Origin: Gammaproteobacteria bacterium
Lineage (GTDB): Bacteria > Pseudomonadota > Gammaproteobacteria > JBCCGL01
Reading direction: 5' to 3'
Assembly (NCBI GenBank): GCA_965277715.1
Contig: OZ255836.1
Coordinates: 2,880,001 to 2,944,000, forward strand
DNA: 64,000 nt
In this document: positions 35,545-45,478 of the stretch, in pieces
Layout: every line of letters begins with the position of its first letter
Numbering within the stretch: the first letter of the stretch is position 1
Made by a program: the position numbers and the translations under genes
Notes under the pieces: generated by a model
The model's input: only the letters and a program-made list of their open reading frames with translations
What the model was told of the DNA's origin: nothing
Databases searched by the model: none

Positions 35545-35593
35545 CCAGACCCTATATATCAGCTTGTGTGCAAGTTAATACATGGGGATCCAG
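35545..35593. repeat. Palindromic repeat, family B copy 3 (degenerate)
   Basis: CCAGACCCTATATATCAGCTTGTGTGCAAGTTAATACATGGGGATCCAG shares CTTGTGTGCAAGTTAATACATG with the reverse complement of copy 1. Confidence 0.75.
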
Positions 35594-35676
35594 TACACCG
35601 TCAATTTTGAGTTGATAAACTATTCGCCTCAATAAGCTAATGTTGAAGAAGCACTAATAAACTAACCTATAGCAAT

Positions 35677-37509
35677 ATGCAGAAACCCCCTTTAACTCAA
35701 CATCACTTTGGCTTGCGCCACTACCTCTCCTCTCTGATCGCCTACGCACCGGTACGGGTAAGCTTGGCCTGGGTGCTACTACTCGCAGTAGGCATGACCG
35801 AGGGTATTGGCCTGTTGCTATTGGTGCCACTATTAAATTTACTGGGCATCATTGACGGCAACAGCTCCAGTAACTTCCTGTCGCGTTGGCTGGAACAGGG
35901 TTTTACTGCAGTAGGCGCACCATTAAACCTCATCAATATTTTGATTTTCTATGTCACCCTGGTGACACTACGGGCTTTATTACTGCGCTATCGCGATACT
36001 AACCTGGCCCTGTTGCGCCAGGAATTTGTCGATCATTTACGCACTGGCTTATACCAGGCTATCGGCTATTCAAGCTGGTTGTATCTGAGCAGAAAACGAA
36101 CATCCGATTACAACCACGTGCTGACCTCTGATATTAACCGGGTAGTTGCAGGTACTCAGAGTCTGTTGCAATTGCTGGTTGGGCTGGTGATGGTACTGGT
36201 GCATGTCGGTGTCGCTGTTCAGTTGTCAACGGTAATGACACTCATCGCCCTGGGTTCAGGCGGGCTACTCTCTGTACTGCTTTTGCCGCAGGTAAAACGG
36301 GCAAAGTTACTGGGGGAGACGTTGACCAATGCCAACCGCACCGTGTATGGCACGTTGGCGGAGTTTTTCGATGGTATCAAACTGGCCAAAAGCTACGGTG
36401 TCGAGGGACAATACATCGATTCCTTCAATAACGCGATTGCCAGGCACCGGCAGCAATTGCTGAGCTTTGTCCGCAGTAATGCCAGTGTGCAAATGCTGTA
36501 TCAAACAGGCGCTGCGCTTGTGCTGAGTCTGTTGCTGTATATAGCGACCATTGTCGTTGTTATCCCTGTTGCTGAGCTGTTGGTATTAATCCTCATCTTT
36601 GCGCGGTTACTGCCACAGATATCCGCTTTGCTGCAAAGCAGTCAATATGTCGCTTTTATGCTGCCGGCCTATTCATCGGCGATGAAAATGCAGGCAGATT
36701 TTCTGGCGCATAAAGAAATCTTATCTCCACCCGATAGTGGCAGCGCGATAGCAGAGGGGATACTCCCGGTTTTTCACCACCGTTTAAGCCTGGAGAATGT
36801 GTGTTTCCGCTATGGGGAATCCACCGATGCACAGACCTTAACCAATATCAATATAGTGGTATCCAGCAAAAAAACCTTGGGTATAGTCGGCCCATCCGGC
36901 GCGGGTAAGAGCACGCTTGCGGATCTGTTTGCCGGGCTTATACACCCGGACTCAGGCAGCATTTTATTGGATGGCCAGGTGCTGCAACAACAGCACCTTA
37001 TCCAATGGCGAAAAAAAGTCAGCTATGTCACCCAGGACACTTTTTTATTCCATCGCTCCATTAAAGATAATCTGCTCTGGGCCAAACCAGAGGCGACCGA
37101 TGAAGAGCTGGAACGCGTGCTAACGTTATCCGCCAGCATAGATTTTGTCCGGTCTATGCATCAGGGTATCGATACAATTATCGGTGACCGGGGTGTCAGG
37201 CTCTCCGGTGGTGAGCGTCAACGAATCGCCCTGGCGCGGGCGCTACTGACAGACCCGGCCCTGTTGATCCTGGACGAGGCGACCAGCGCGCTGGATACCC
37301 AACACGAACGGCAAATACAGCAGGCGATAGATACTTTACACGGAGAATTAACAATTATTATCATCGCGCACCGCTTATCCACGGTGAAAAGTACGGATCA
37401 TATTGTGGTTGTCGATAAAGGGAAAATAGTGGAAAGCGGTAACTGGAATCAGTTAATGGGGCAGGAACACAGTCACCTTCGCAAGCTTGCTGGCAGTAAC
37501 GAGGGGTGA
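35677..37509 (+). CDS. Fused ABC exporter (TMD + NBD)
   Basis: Hydrophobic N-terminal half, GPSGAGKST, LSGGERQR, LILDEATSALD. Confidence 0.92.
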   Translation: MQKPPLTQHHFGLRHYLSSLIAYAPVRVSLAWVLLLAVGMTEGIGLLLLVPLLNLLGIIDGNSSSNFLSRWLEQGFTAVGAPLNLINILIFYVTLVTLRALLLRYRDTNLALLRQEFVDHLRTGLYQAIGYSSWLYLSRKRTSDYNHVLTSDINRVVAGTQSLLQLLVGLVMVLVHVGVAVQLSTVMTLIALGSGGLLSVLLLPQVKRAKLLGETLTNANRTVYGTLAEFFDGIKLAKSYGVEGQYIDSFNNAIARHRQQLLSFVRSNASVQMLYQTGAALVLSLLLYIATIVVVIPVAELLVLILIFARLLPQISALLQSSQYVAFMLPAYSSAMKMQADFLAHKEILSPPDSGSAIAEGILPVFHHRLSLENVCFRYGESTDAQTLTNINIVVSSKKTLGIVGPSGAGKSTLADLFAGLIHPDSGSILLDGQVLQQQHLIQWRKKVSYVTQDTFLFHRSIKDNLLWAKPEATDEELERVLTLSASIDFVRSMHQGIDTIIGDRGVRLSGGERQRIALARALLTDPALLILDEATSALDTQHERQIQQAIDTLHGELTIIIIAHRLSTVKSTDHIVVVDKGKIVESGNWNQLMGQEHSHLRKLAGSNEG

Positions 37510-37620
37510 GTAATCACCACCCCTACGTAATTTACCCACGCCAGGGTGGAAACCCACCCGGCGTTACAAGCCGATATTGCAAGCCACTATTGCAGGCTAA
37601 GCGTGTTGTAAAACGGCGGA

Positions 37621-38298
37621 CTATTGCGCCGCGTCAATGTCCAACAATTCCACTTCAAAAACCAGGGTTTCACCTGGGCCGATATTCTGCCCGGCGCCGC
37701 GCTCACCGTAAGCCAGCTCAGAGGGAATAACAAAACGGTATTTGCTGCCCACACTCATTAGCTGTACGCCTTCTGTCCAGCCGGGAATAACGCGGTTTAG
37801 CGGGAAGCTGGCCGGTTCATTGCGTGCGTAAGAGCTATCGAACTCGGTGCCGTTCAGCAAGGTGCCACGGTAGTGCACGCTAACAGTATCACTGGCTTTG
37901 GGTTTGGGGCCTTCGGCATCGGTCAATACTTCGTACTGTAGGCCGGTTTCGGTAACAGTCACTTCTTTGCGCAGGGCATTATCGGCGAGGTATTTTCTTC
38001 CTGCTTCACGCGCACCGTTGGATCGTTCTGCGGCCTGTGCCTGCTGGCGGGCCTGTAATATTTCACCGGCCTGTTGCAGTGAAAGCGCTGTTTCGCTGCC
38101 ACTGTGCTGCGCTTTTATCGCTTCAAACAACAAATCGTAATTAATCTCCCCGTATTCTTTGATCACCCGCTCACCAATGAACAACCCCAGGCTATAGCTG
38201 AATTTGTCGTTTTCATTAGTCAGCTTCGTTTCCTCGGCATGGGCGGTGGTGCACAATAATGTAAGTATTGCAACAGCGGTAAAGCGTTTTTTAAACAT
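37621..38298 (-). CDS. FKBP-type peptidyl-prolyl isomerase (FkpA/FklB/Mip-like) with signal peptide
   Basis: KFSYSLG, TGLQYEV, VHYRGTL, FDSSY, VIPGWTEG; ATG at 38298. Confidence 0.93.
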   Translation of the reverse strand: MFKKRFTAVAILTLLCTTAHAEETKLTNENDKFSYSLGLFIGERVIKEYGEINYDLLFEAIKAQHSGSETALSLQQAGEILQARQQAQAAERSNGAREAGRKYLADNALRKEVTVTETGLQYEVLTDAEGPKPKASDTVSVHYRGTLLNGTEFDSSYARNEPASFPLNRVIPGWTEGVQLMSVGSKYRFVIPSELAYGERGAGQNIGPGETLVFEVELLDIDAAQ

Positions 38299-38338
38299 AG
38301 TAATTCCCTGATTGAGTAGTGGTAAAAGAGTAGCAGAT

Positions 38339-39295
38339 TTAACGGCGACGTATACAGCCGGGCAGGCTGCACAACATTTCAAAGAGTAAATTGGCCGCCA
38401 GTAACGCGGTATTGCCGGTGGTATCGTAAGGCGGCGATACCTCGACCAAATCACAGCCGATGAGGTTCAGACCAAAACAACCGCGAATAATTTCAATGCC
38501 CTGTTGTGCGCTGAGACCGCCTGGCTCGGGGGTGCCGGTGCCCGGTGCCACCGATGGATCCAAGCCATCGATATCAAAGCTCAGATAGGTGGGCGTTGTC
38601 GGCCCCACACGCTGGCGAACGGTGTCCATTAGCGGTGCCAGCGAGTGATACCAACACGCCTCTGCCTGCACCACCTGCACACCACGATCACGCGCCCAAT
38701 CAAAATCCTCCGCCGCGTAGCCTGTTGTGCGCAAGCCAATTTGGGTCATTTTATTGGGTTCGACCAAGCCCTCCTCAATGGCACGTCGAAAAATAGTACC
38801 GTGGGCGATTTTTTCACCAAACATCGTATCGTTAATATCGGCGTGTGCATCGACATGCACCAGCGCCATCGCGCCGTGTTTTTTGTGCAGCGCCCGCAGA
38901 ATCGGCAGGGCAATCGTGTGATCGCCACCGAGGGTAACCGGCTTGGCATTGCAGGTCACCACATCGTCGTAAAACGTTTCAATAATATCGACCGATTTGC
39001 TCAGATTGTAGGGGTTGAGCGCTACATCGCCAATATCCGCCACTTGAAAGCTTTCAAACGGGGCCGCCTGGGTGAACATGCCGTAAGGGCGCACCATAAC
39101 CGATTCGTTGCGAATTTGCCGTGGCCCAAAGCGCGTGCCGGCACGGTTGCTGGTGCCGATATCCAGTGGCACCCCCACCAGCGCAACATCCAGGCTCTGG
39201 GCACTGTCTTGCATTGGCAGCCGGAACATACTGGTATGGCCGCTAAAACGCGGTTGCTGATTACCGCTAAGCGGTTGATTAAATTGATGTTCCAT
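38339..39295 (-). CDS. speB: Agmatinase / guanidinobutyrase (ureohydrolase)
   Basis: GGDHTI, DAHAD, HGTIF, SFDIDGLDP, GTGTPE. Confidence 0.85.
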   Translation of the reverse strand: MEHQFNQPLSGNQQPRFSGHTSMFRLPMQDSAQSLDVALVGVPLDIGTSNRAGTRFGPRQIRNESVMVRPYGMFTQAAPFESFQVADIGDVALNPYNLSKSVDIIETFYDDVVTCNAKPVTLGGDHTIALPILRALHKKHGAMALVHVDAHADINDTMFGEKIAHGTIFRRAIEEGLVEPNKMTQIGLRTTGYAAEDFDWARDRGVQVVQAEACWYHSLAPLMDTVRQRVGPTTPTYLSFDIDGLDPSVAPGTGTPEPGGLSAQQGIEIIRGCFGLNLIGCDLVEVSPPYDTTGNTALLAANLLFEMLCSLPGCIRRR

Positions 39296-39324
39296 ATAGT
39301 TAACCACCAACAACAGTATTTAGA

Positions 39325-40035
39325 TCAAGATGCACGGTACGACGATTTCCATTCAGCGTAGGCACTCACAATCGTATCGATCCGCGCCTGCTGGTAGGGG
39401 CGTAAGCCGCTCAACAGCATCCGTTTCTCTCCCCGACCAATCGGCACACCATCGGCATTGATCGAAAATTGCAGCAACGCATCCCCTTTTTTACCGTCGA
39501 CCTGCATATGCGCATCAACCAATTCGAGCGAGATAGCATCGCCCAGAAAACTATCCAAGGCAATATACATGCTTTTATAGATGACCAATGGGCGCTCGGG
39601 ATTAATCATCACGTTCCCCCTGTGCATTAGCTCAACCAGGATATCGGGAAAAGTGCGCCCGGAGAATTGCACATAGCGCAGTGCAAGCTTATCGATAAAA
39701 GTCGCCTGCTGTGTGCTGCTACCTGCCACACTAACATCCATATAGTTTTTCCCCTGTGCATCACACAGTGAAACCGTATTGTCTGTGATGTCCGGTAACA
39801 CCAGCGCGGTATCCTCGCCGACCATCCCGGAAAACTCAAACTGCATCGACTGATAAACGCCGTAATGGTGAAGAAACGCGGTAAATAAAAGATCTCCAGG
39901 CACACAAAAGCGCTTGGCATCCGGGTTGTGAATAGGGTTGAAGTCCCCGGCAACCTGCTTGGCAAAGGCACTGCTGCGCTGCTTGTCGAAGCGCAGGTGT
40001 TCACCGTCCAGTGAATAGTAATTTGATCGTGTCAT
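39325..40035 (-). CDS. Conserved hypothetical protein (DUF3581-like, hotdog-like)
   Basis: FAKQVAGDFNPIHNPDAKRFCVPGDLLF, MINPERPLVIY. Confidence 0.75.
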   Translation of the reverse strand: MTRSNYYSLDGEHLRFDKQRSSAFAKQVAGDFNPIHNPDAKRFCVPGDLLFTAFLHHYGVYQSMQFEFSGMVGEDTALVLPDITDNTVSLCDAQGKNYMDVSVAGSSTQQATFIDKLALRYVQFSGRTFPDILVELMHRGNVMINPERPLVIYKSMYIALDSFLGDAISLELVDAHMQVDGKKGDALLQFSINADGVPIGRGEKRMLLSGLRPYQQARIDTIVSAYAEWKSSYRAS

Positions 40036-40062
40036 ATCAATAGAGTCAGTCGGCCAGTGTGG

Positions 40063-40845
40063 TCAATCCTTGTCATCCGGGTCACGCGTGAACACCAGCT
40101 CACTGGCCGATGACATCGCCGGGTTGTACTGATAGCCACCCCCGGTAAAGCGTTTTAACTGAGCCACTTTTGTCGCTCGCTTTTTTATAATCCAGGCACT
40201 CATCATACCGCGTGCTTTTTTGGCAAAAAAGCTGATCATCTTGTATTGGTCGTCTTTGCGGTCTTTAAATATGGGTGTAATCACCTCAGCATCCAGCCGT
40301 TTGGGGTTAACCGATTTGAAGTATTCATTAGAGGCGAGGTTGACCAATACCCCGGCACCACTCGCTGCAAGCTGTTGATTTAATCCCTGGGTGATCGTAT
40401 CACCCCAGTAACGATAGAGGTTTGGGGCTTTATTGACTTTCAGGCGGGTGCCCATCTCCAGCCGATAGGGCTGCATTAAATCCAGCGGGCGCAGCAGGCC
40501 GTATAGTCCGGAGAGAATGCGTAGATGATCCTGCGCCCAGTGTAAGTCATCGTCGTCAAAACCCTCTGCCTGCATTCCCTGGTATACATCGCCTTTAAAG
40601 GCGAGCACGGCCTGCTTGGCATTGTCTGGGGTAAACGGGGGCTGCCAGTCCCGGTAGCGGCGGGCGTTGAGGTCACTGAGTGCGTCGCTGATATTCATCA
40701 GCTCACCGACATTTTTGCGCGAAAGCCTGCGCAGTGTCGCAATCAGCTCGGCACTCCTATCCAGATAATCCGGCTGGGTGAATACCGGGGTGCTGGGAGG
40801 TGTGTCGTAATCGAGCGATTTTGCCGGGGAGATAACGATGAGCAT
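40063..40845 (-). CDS. yaaA: Peroxide stress protein YaaA
   Basis: [45 protein letters not shown]. Confidence 0.95.
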   Translation of the reverse strand: MLIVISPAKSLDYDTPPSTPVFTQPDYLDRSAELIATLRRLSRKNVGELMNISDALSDLNARRYRDWQPPFTPDNAKQAVLAFKGDVYQGMQAEGFDDDDLHWAQDHLRILSGLYGLLRPLDLMQPYRLEMGTRLKVNKAPNLYRYWGDTITQGLNQQLAASGAGVLVNLASNEYFKSVNPKRLDAEVITPIFKDRKDDQYKMISFFAKKARGMMSAWIIKKRATKVAQLKRFTGGGYQYNPAMSSASELVFTRDPDDKD

Positions 40846-40912
40846 GGTGGTGGCTTAGGTTTGAAGTGGTGCGATTATAATACAGATTCCCTGGTTTCCC
40901 TTCATTAGTAAC

Positions 40913-40969
40913 AGACAAACCCACTTCTACATCACCATTGCCCCAACGACCAACACCCGTTATATCCCG
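40913..40969 (-). pseudogene. Short relic resembling the DUF5655 C-terminal motif of restriction-associated proteins
   Basis: RDITGVGRWGNGDVEVGLS recalls the DxTGxGRWGNGDVEV motif; no surrounding full ORF. Confidence 0.5.
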
Positions 40970-41234
40970 GTAAGGAACGTGCACGAAATAAATTCCGGGA
41001 TTTGTAAGTGCATCGATTCACCTTATAGCTGAGTTGGCTGAGTGTATTATTAACACATAACACTTATCTAAATAATATTGTAGAGGTTATTGGCTACAAT
41101 ACGCTGCACTAATATCGATTAACATTTGCCTGATTAAAAACTTTGGCTACTATAGGCGTTAATGAATAAGTATTTTTTTGCGGTATTCATTTGTCATTAA
41201 CACACATGATAAAAATAGCAGCGGAGGGGTTTGT

Positions 41235-41870
41235 ATGCGTACAATTATGATTCTCAATCCCAAAGGGGGTTCTGGGAAGAGTACTCTGGCCACTAATCTA
41301 GCGGCTTACTATGCCAATCAATCAGCCAATGTGGTGTTAGCCGATCTCGATCCACAAGGATCTAGCATGGCCTGGCTGGCGGCGCGACCTTCCGGGCGCG
41401 GCGTCATCAGAGGGATAAATGCCAGCGAGACGGCGTTGCGGCCTGGCCGCAATACGGATGTGGTGATTATGGATGCCCCGGCAGGCGCGCACGGCAGGGA
41501 TTTAAACGCACTGTTGCGGCGCGCCGAGACGTTTATTGTGCCAGTGTTGCCCTCACCAATTGATATGCGCACAGCCGCTCATTTCGTCGCCGCGCTACGC
41601 AACAACACCAAGGTAGCGAAAAAGCAGGCCAAGTTTGCCGTGGTGGCAAACAGAGTGCGCGAGCACACGCATATTTATACCGAGCTGAACGCTTTTCTGA
41701 AAAAACTGAAAGTCCCGGTATTAACGTCTCTGCGCGACAGCATGAATTACGTACGCTGTGCAGAGCGGGGGATTGGCATTCACGAGCTGCCGCCGTATAT
41801 CAGCTCAACCGACCGCGAACAATGGCAGCCAATTATTACCTGGCTGCGCAGCAAACGCAGTCGGGCTTAA
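41235..41870 (+). CDS. ParA family ATPase (short type, no parB nearby)
   Basis: NPKGGSGKST, DLDPQGS, MDAPAG, VPVLPSPID; SD GGAGG. Confidence 0.88.
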   Translation: MRTIMILNPKGGSGKSTLATNLAAYYANQSANVVLADLDPQGSSMAWLAARPSGRGVIRGINASETALRPGRNTDVVIMDAPAGAHGRDLNALLRRAETFIVPVLPSPIDMRTAAHFVAALRNNTKVAKKQAKFAVVANRVREHTHIYTELNAFLKKLKVPVLTSLRDSMNYVRCAERGIGIHELPPYISSTDREQWQPIITWLRSKRSRA

Positions 41871-43246
41871 TTTCCGACCAGCTTTAACTGGCCCACCTGT
41901 GTTGTTACAGGGGGTGTTTCATCATCTGCCGTCTGGGTGGGCAGTGCGTTTACCTTCAGCGCTGCGCCCACACTTTTCACATTGCCCCCGGTTTGCGGTT
42001 CAAGTGTTTCCTGCGTGCTGTCGGCTTGTGGGTTTAGCGCCAACCGCAAGCCACTGGCGTAGTAATCCCTGGCACTATCGGTTTCACCCAATTGTGTCAG
42101 CAATTCGGCCAGTGCCAGTGAGGTCTGGGGCGAGACGTGTATGCCTAAGCTCGATTCGAGGTAGACACGCGCTTTACCCCACAACTGGCAGCGCAGGCAA
42201 AGCTGGCCGAGTACCAACAATAGGGCGGCGCTGCGCCCGTGCCCGCCCAGCCAGCGCTCGGCGTTATCGAGTTGTTTGGCGGCGTCTTCGAGGCAAACAC
42301 GTGCATACAGTGCAACCCATTCCTCCCGCCAGTTATGGCTTAGCTGTTCACGCAAAATTTTCTCGGCGAGCGGGTGGTTACCCTCAGCGATCAAACGGTT
42401 GATCAGCGGTGCCAGTAGTGCGGGCAGGTGTTGTGGTTGTTTGCGCAGGCGCTGCCAGTAGCCCGGCAGTTGCCCGGCTTCACCTGTATCGATCATACCG
42501 TGCCAGCAGGTTTGCTCAATGCTGGCCAGTGTGCATCCGTCGAAAGCTTTGTGGCGGCGGGCCAGAGGCAGTAATGCATCGAGCTTTGACCAGTGCTGTT
42601 GTGCCTGATATACCGAAACCAGCAAGGCGATTACGCGGGCATTGCGCGGTACAGATGAGCGTAAGAACACCAGCGTTTCCAGCGCGGCGGCATAGTCTTG
42701 TTGTTCAATCTGCATTTCTGCGCGGATGATATCGATAGCCGTGTGCGCTTGTGGCGAGATTTCAGCGGCCAGTTCGAGGTAGTGGTCGCGGCGTTCGTAG
42801 TCACCATTAGCCAAGTTATTAGCTGGGTCATTGCCTGAACCACTAGCCAGGCCAGTGGCGTGGCAGGCACGCGCTGCAATAAGGCAGTTGATTACGCTGG
42901 TGTCGATCTGTTTATCGGGCTGCGCCAGTTGTTTCGCCGCCTGCTGCCAATGCCCTTCAGTGAAGGCGACAAACCCCTTCAGCAAGCGCTTTTGTGCGCG
43001 CCCGCGCTTGCCAGACTGGCCACGGTTACGTATTAGCGCAGGCAACCTCAGCAATACCGACAATAGCTTGAATAGCACTAAGGTGCTCACGATTAACCCA
43101 ATCGTGGCAATTAATAGCTTCGTGCTTGTGGTTTCAACAATCCAGCCCTGGTAGCTGATGCTGACCAGGCCCGGCTCAGCGTGCCACAATTGGAAGGCGG
43201 CTATCGCCCCCGCAAAAATAACGATGGTCAGCAGTACAGTTTTCAC
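41867..43246 (-). CDS. hemY: HemY (heme biosynthesis-associated TPR membrane protein)
   Basis: PGLVSI...VETT, EGHWQQA, QLWGKARVYLE; hem operon position. Confidence 0.88.
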   Translation of the reverse strand: MKTVLLTIVIFAGAIAAFQLWHAEPGLVSISYQGWIVETTSTKLLIATIGLIVSTLVLFKLLSVLLRLPALIRNRGQSGKRGRAQKRLLKGFVAFTEGHWQQAAKQLAQPDKQIDTSVINCLIAARACHATGLASGSGNDPANNLANGDYERRDHYLELAAEISPQAHTAIDIIRAEMQIEQQDYAAALETLVFLRSSVPRNARVIALLVSVYQAQQHWSKLDALLPLARRHKAFDGCTLASIEQTCWHGMIDTGEAGQLPGYWQRLRKQPQHLPALLAPLINRLIAEGNHPLAEKILREQLSHNWREEWVALYARVCLEDAAKQLDNAERWLGGHGRSAALLLVLGQLCLRCQLWGKARVYLESSLGIHVSPQTSLALAELLTQLGETDSARDYYASGLRLALNPQADSTQETLEPQTGGNVKSVGAALKVNALPTQTADDETPPVTTQVGQLKLVGN

Positions 43247-44610
43247 GATTGTTCCCCTAAACCTGCTTCTATTTTATTCAGCCGTTTTAAAGCCTCGCCA
43301 ATGCCTTCGACAATGGGCCGCACAGAGGCCCGCGCTACTGTGTCGAGGTCTTCGGCAAACCGTTGCACACGCGGCTTATCCAGATCGAAGTGCTCTGAGA
43401 GCAACGCCTGGGCCGCTTGTACTGCGCTGAGAAAATCAACCTGATCACGGCGTAGAGCGGCGATTTGTGCGCGTTGTAGGGCGAGCTGCAACGCGGCGCG
43501 TTTGCCCAGTATTTGGGTTTCGTCTAATGCGGGGTTTTCGAGGGGCAGTGAAGTGTCTGGTGCCGGTTTTATCACGACGTGCTGTTTGAGAAAAGCTTTG
43601 ATCGATTGTTTGATTTCATTGCCAATACCCGGATTGCCAGTATCCGTCTCGGCGGGCGTGTCGGTCTCTGTTTGGCTGGCTGGGGTTTGTTCGGTCTCGA
43701 CGGGACCCGCTTCGCCCTTTGTGTCTGCTTTTGCCGCTTGAGTGGTGTACAGCGCCAGGCTGTTGCCGCGCCGGGCGAGTTGAATCAGGGAGAGCACCAC
43801 GCCTTCAATGTCTGGCCGTGGGGCGCTGCGCAACTGCGCAATCTCTTCGGCCAGTGCTTCGCGCACCGGCAGCAGGCTGACATCCGCCAGAGAGTGTAGC
43901 TGCGCATCAGCGGCACTGCTGGCCGCCGCCGCCGAATCGAGGTCGGCAGCCAATAACAGTCGATGCTGTGCCATTTTCAGCAGGTAGCGGGTTTCGGCAA
44001 TCACCCAGGCGCGGTCGCTGCGCGAGCCGGTTTCCTGGAGCACTTGCACGGCATCCTGCAATTTATCGATGCGGATACCGGTACCCGCAGCGCGCTGTTT
44101 ACTTTGCTCCGTGATGGCATCCAGGTCTTGCTGCAATGCTTTGAGCTGTGGCCGTATATCCAGCTCGTCGATGCGGTTTTTTTGTTGGGTGGCCTGTTCA
44201 GTCGCCTTTATGTTTTGAGTATATACTTGATAATATAGGTATATACAACCAGCAATTGCTATCAATGCCAACAACAGGGCCAACAACGCCAGCGCAGTGG
44301 TAATACGGCCTTTGCGGGTTTTTTCCGCAGGTGTTTTGCCGGTGGTTGTTTTCCCTGTATCTGTTTCTCCCGTACCTGTTTTCCCTGTGGCCGCTTGCTC
44401 ATTGGCAGCGGGCGTCGAGGGTTTCGGTGGAGTGTCTGTAGTGGCCATTGGAGGCGTGGTTTGTGTTGCCAGGTTATCGTTATCGGTTGCTGGGGCAGTC
44501 GGTTCGGGCGCACTATCGGGCGCCATTGAATTTTCTGAGGCGACATTTTCCACAGAGGGTTTATCCGTGTCTGGATCAGGGCTTTCCGGTTGATGTGGTT
44601 TAATCTTCAT
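43243..44610 (-). CDS. hemX: HemX family protein with long low-complexity N-terminus
   Basis: TM helix then coiled coil, WVIAETRYLLKMAQHRLLL, ADAQL; hem operon position. Confidence 0.85.
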   Translation of the reverse strand: MKIKPHQPESPDPDTDKPSVENVASENSMAPDSAPEPTAPATDNDNLATQTTPPMATTDTPPKPSTPAANEQAATGKTGTGETDTGKTTTGKTPAEKTRKGRITTALALLALLLALIAIAGCIYLYYQVYTQNIKATEQATQQKNRIDELDIRPQLKALQQDLDAITEQSKQRAAGTGIRIDKLQDAVQVLQETGSRSDRAWVIAETRYLLKMAQHRLLLAADLDSAAAASSAADAQLHSLADVSLLPVREALAEEIAQLRSAPRPDIEGVVLSLIQLARRGNSLALYTTQAAKADTKGEAGPVETEQTPASQTETDTPAETDTGNPGIGNEIKQSIKAFLKQHVVIKPAPDTSLPLENPALDETQILGKRAALQLALQRAQIAALRRDQVDFLSAVQAAQALLSEHFDLDKPRVQRFAEDLDTVARASVRPIVEGIGEALKRLNKIEAGLGEQS

Positions 44611-45458
44611 TTGCTTCCATCGGTGGATAAATGGGCCTGCTGGAATGGGCCTTGGGTATCGGCCCATTCCAGCAGGCTGTTGGCAAAGCCTGCCGGATCT
44701 GGTGATTGGCTCGGTATCGCGTGTTTAAACCCGTGAGCCTGAGCCAGCGCCGCCACGCGCAAGCCCGGCGTAAACAGTGGCAGTGCCCGCAGGGTGTCAG
44801 CCGCAGCGGCGGGCCAGCAGGCCAGCAGGTTTTGCAGCGTTTCACCACTGCCGACGGTAACCGCGTGCAAAGGCCGGGCCACGGCCAGGCGCAACTTCTC
44901 AGCACAGTCGGCAGGTTGGCAACGTCGGTACACCGCAACATAATCTACCTTTGCGCCACGTTCAACCAGCTTATCACGTAATAACTCCCGGCCACCCTGG
45001 CTATGCACCCCCTGGCCATGCACCCCCTGGCCATACCCCCCCTGGCCGCGCACAATGAGCAGGTGTTTCCCCTGTACGTGCGTAAGCGCATCGAGTGCCA
45101 GTAATGCCTCGCTGTGGTAGCCATGTGAGGGGGTGATAACCGTGTCGACGCCTGCACGCTGCAAAGCGCTGGCCGTACCGACACCAGGGGCAAACACGGT
45201 GTGCAGCGCCAGTGAGCGCAGTGGGGTTATCGCGTTGGCGTATTCCACTGCATTGCGGCTGATAAAGATAACCGCATCGTAGTCGGCGCTGTTCGATAGC
45301 GTGTTTCGCTGTTGTGCATTAGCGGGTACACCAACAATTTCCAGGGTCGGCACGCACACGGCAACCCCACCGTGTTGATGAACCAGCGTAGCGAGCGGTT
45401 GTACCTGATCATCGGGCCGGGTGATCAATATGTGCAGATTGGCAAGTCGGGCAGGCAT
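44607..45458 (-). CDS. hemD: Uroporphyrinogen-III synthase
   Basis: ILITRP, IFISRNAV, GVGTASAL, SEALL, GGRELL, VYRR. Confidence 0.9.
   Translation of the reverse strand: MPARLANLHILITRPDDQVQPLATLVHQHGGVAVCVPTLEIVGVPANAQQRNTLSNSADYDAVIFISRNAVEYANAITPLRSLALHTVFAPGVGTASALQRAGVDTVITPSHGYHSEALLALDALTHVQGKHLLIVRGQGGYGQGVHGQGVHSQGGRELLRDKLVERGAKVDYVAVYRRCQPADCAEKLRLAVARPLHAVTVGSGETLQNLLACWPAAAADTLRALPLFTPGLRVAALAQAHGFKHAIPSQSPDPAGFANSLLEWADTQGPFQQAHLSTDGSK
44995..45050. repeat. 15-bp tandem repeat inside hemD
   Basis: CCCTGGCTATGCACC CCCTGGCCATGCACC CCCTGGCCATACCCC CCCTGGCCGCG. Confidence 0.9.
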
Positions 45459-45478
45459 AGGGTTTATTTGAGGCCGGT

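Noticed and set aside
38299-38454. Long N-terminus of the FKBP ORF
   Set aside because: It overlaps the ureohydrolase gene; the signal peptide starts at ATG 38298.
38645-39361. 238-aa + strand ORF and similar long antisense ORFs (41758-42402, 51740-52273)
   Set aside because: They are shadow frames opposite well-supported genes and have no recognisable motifs.
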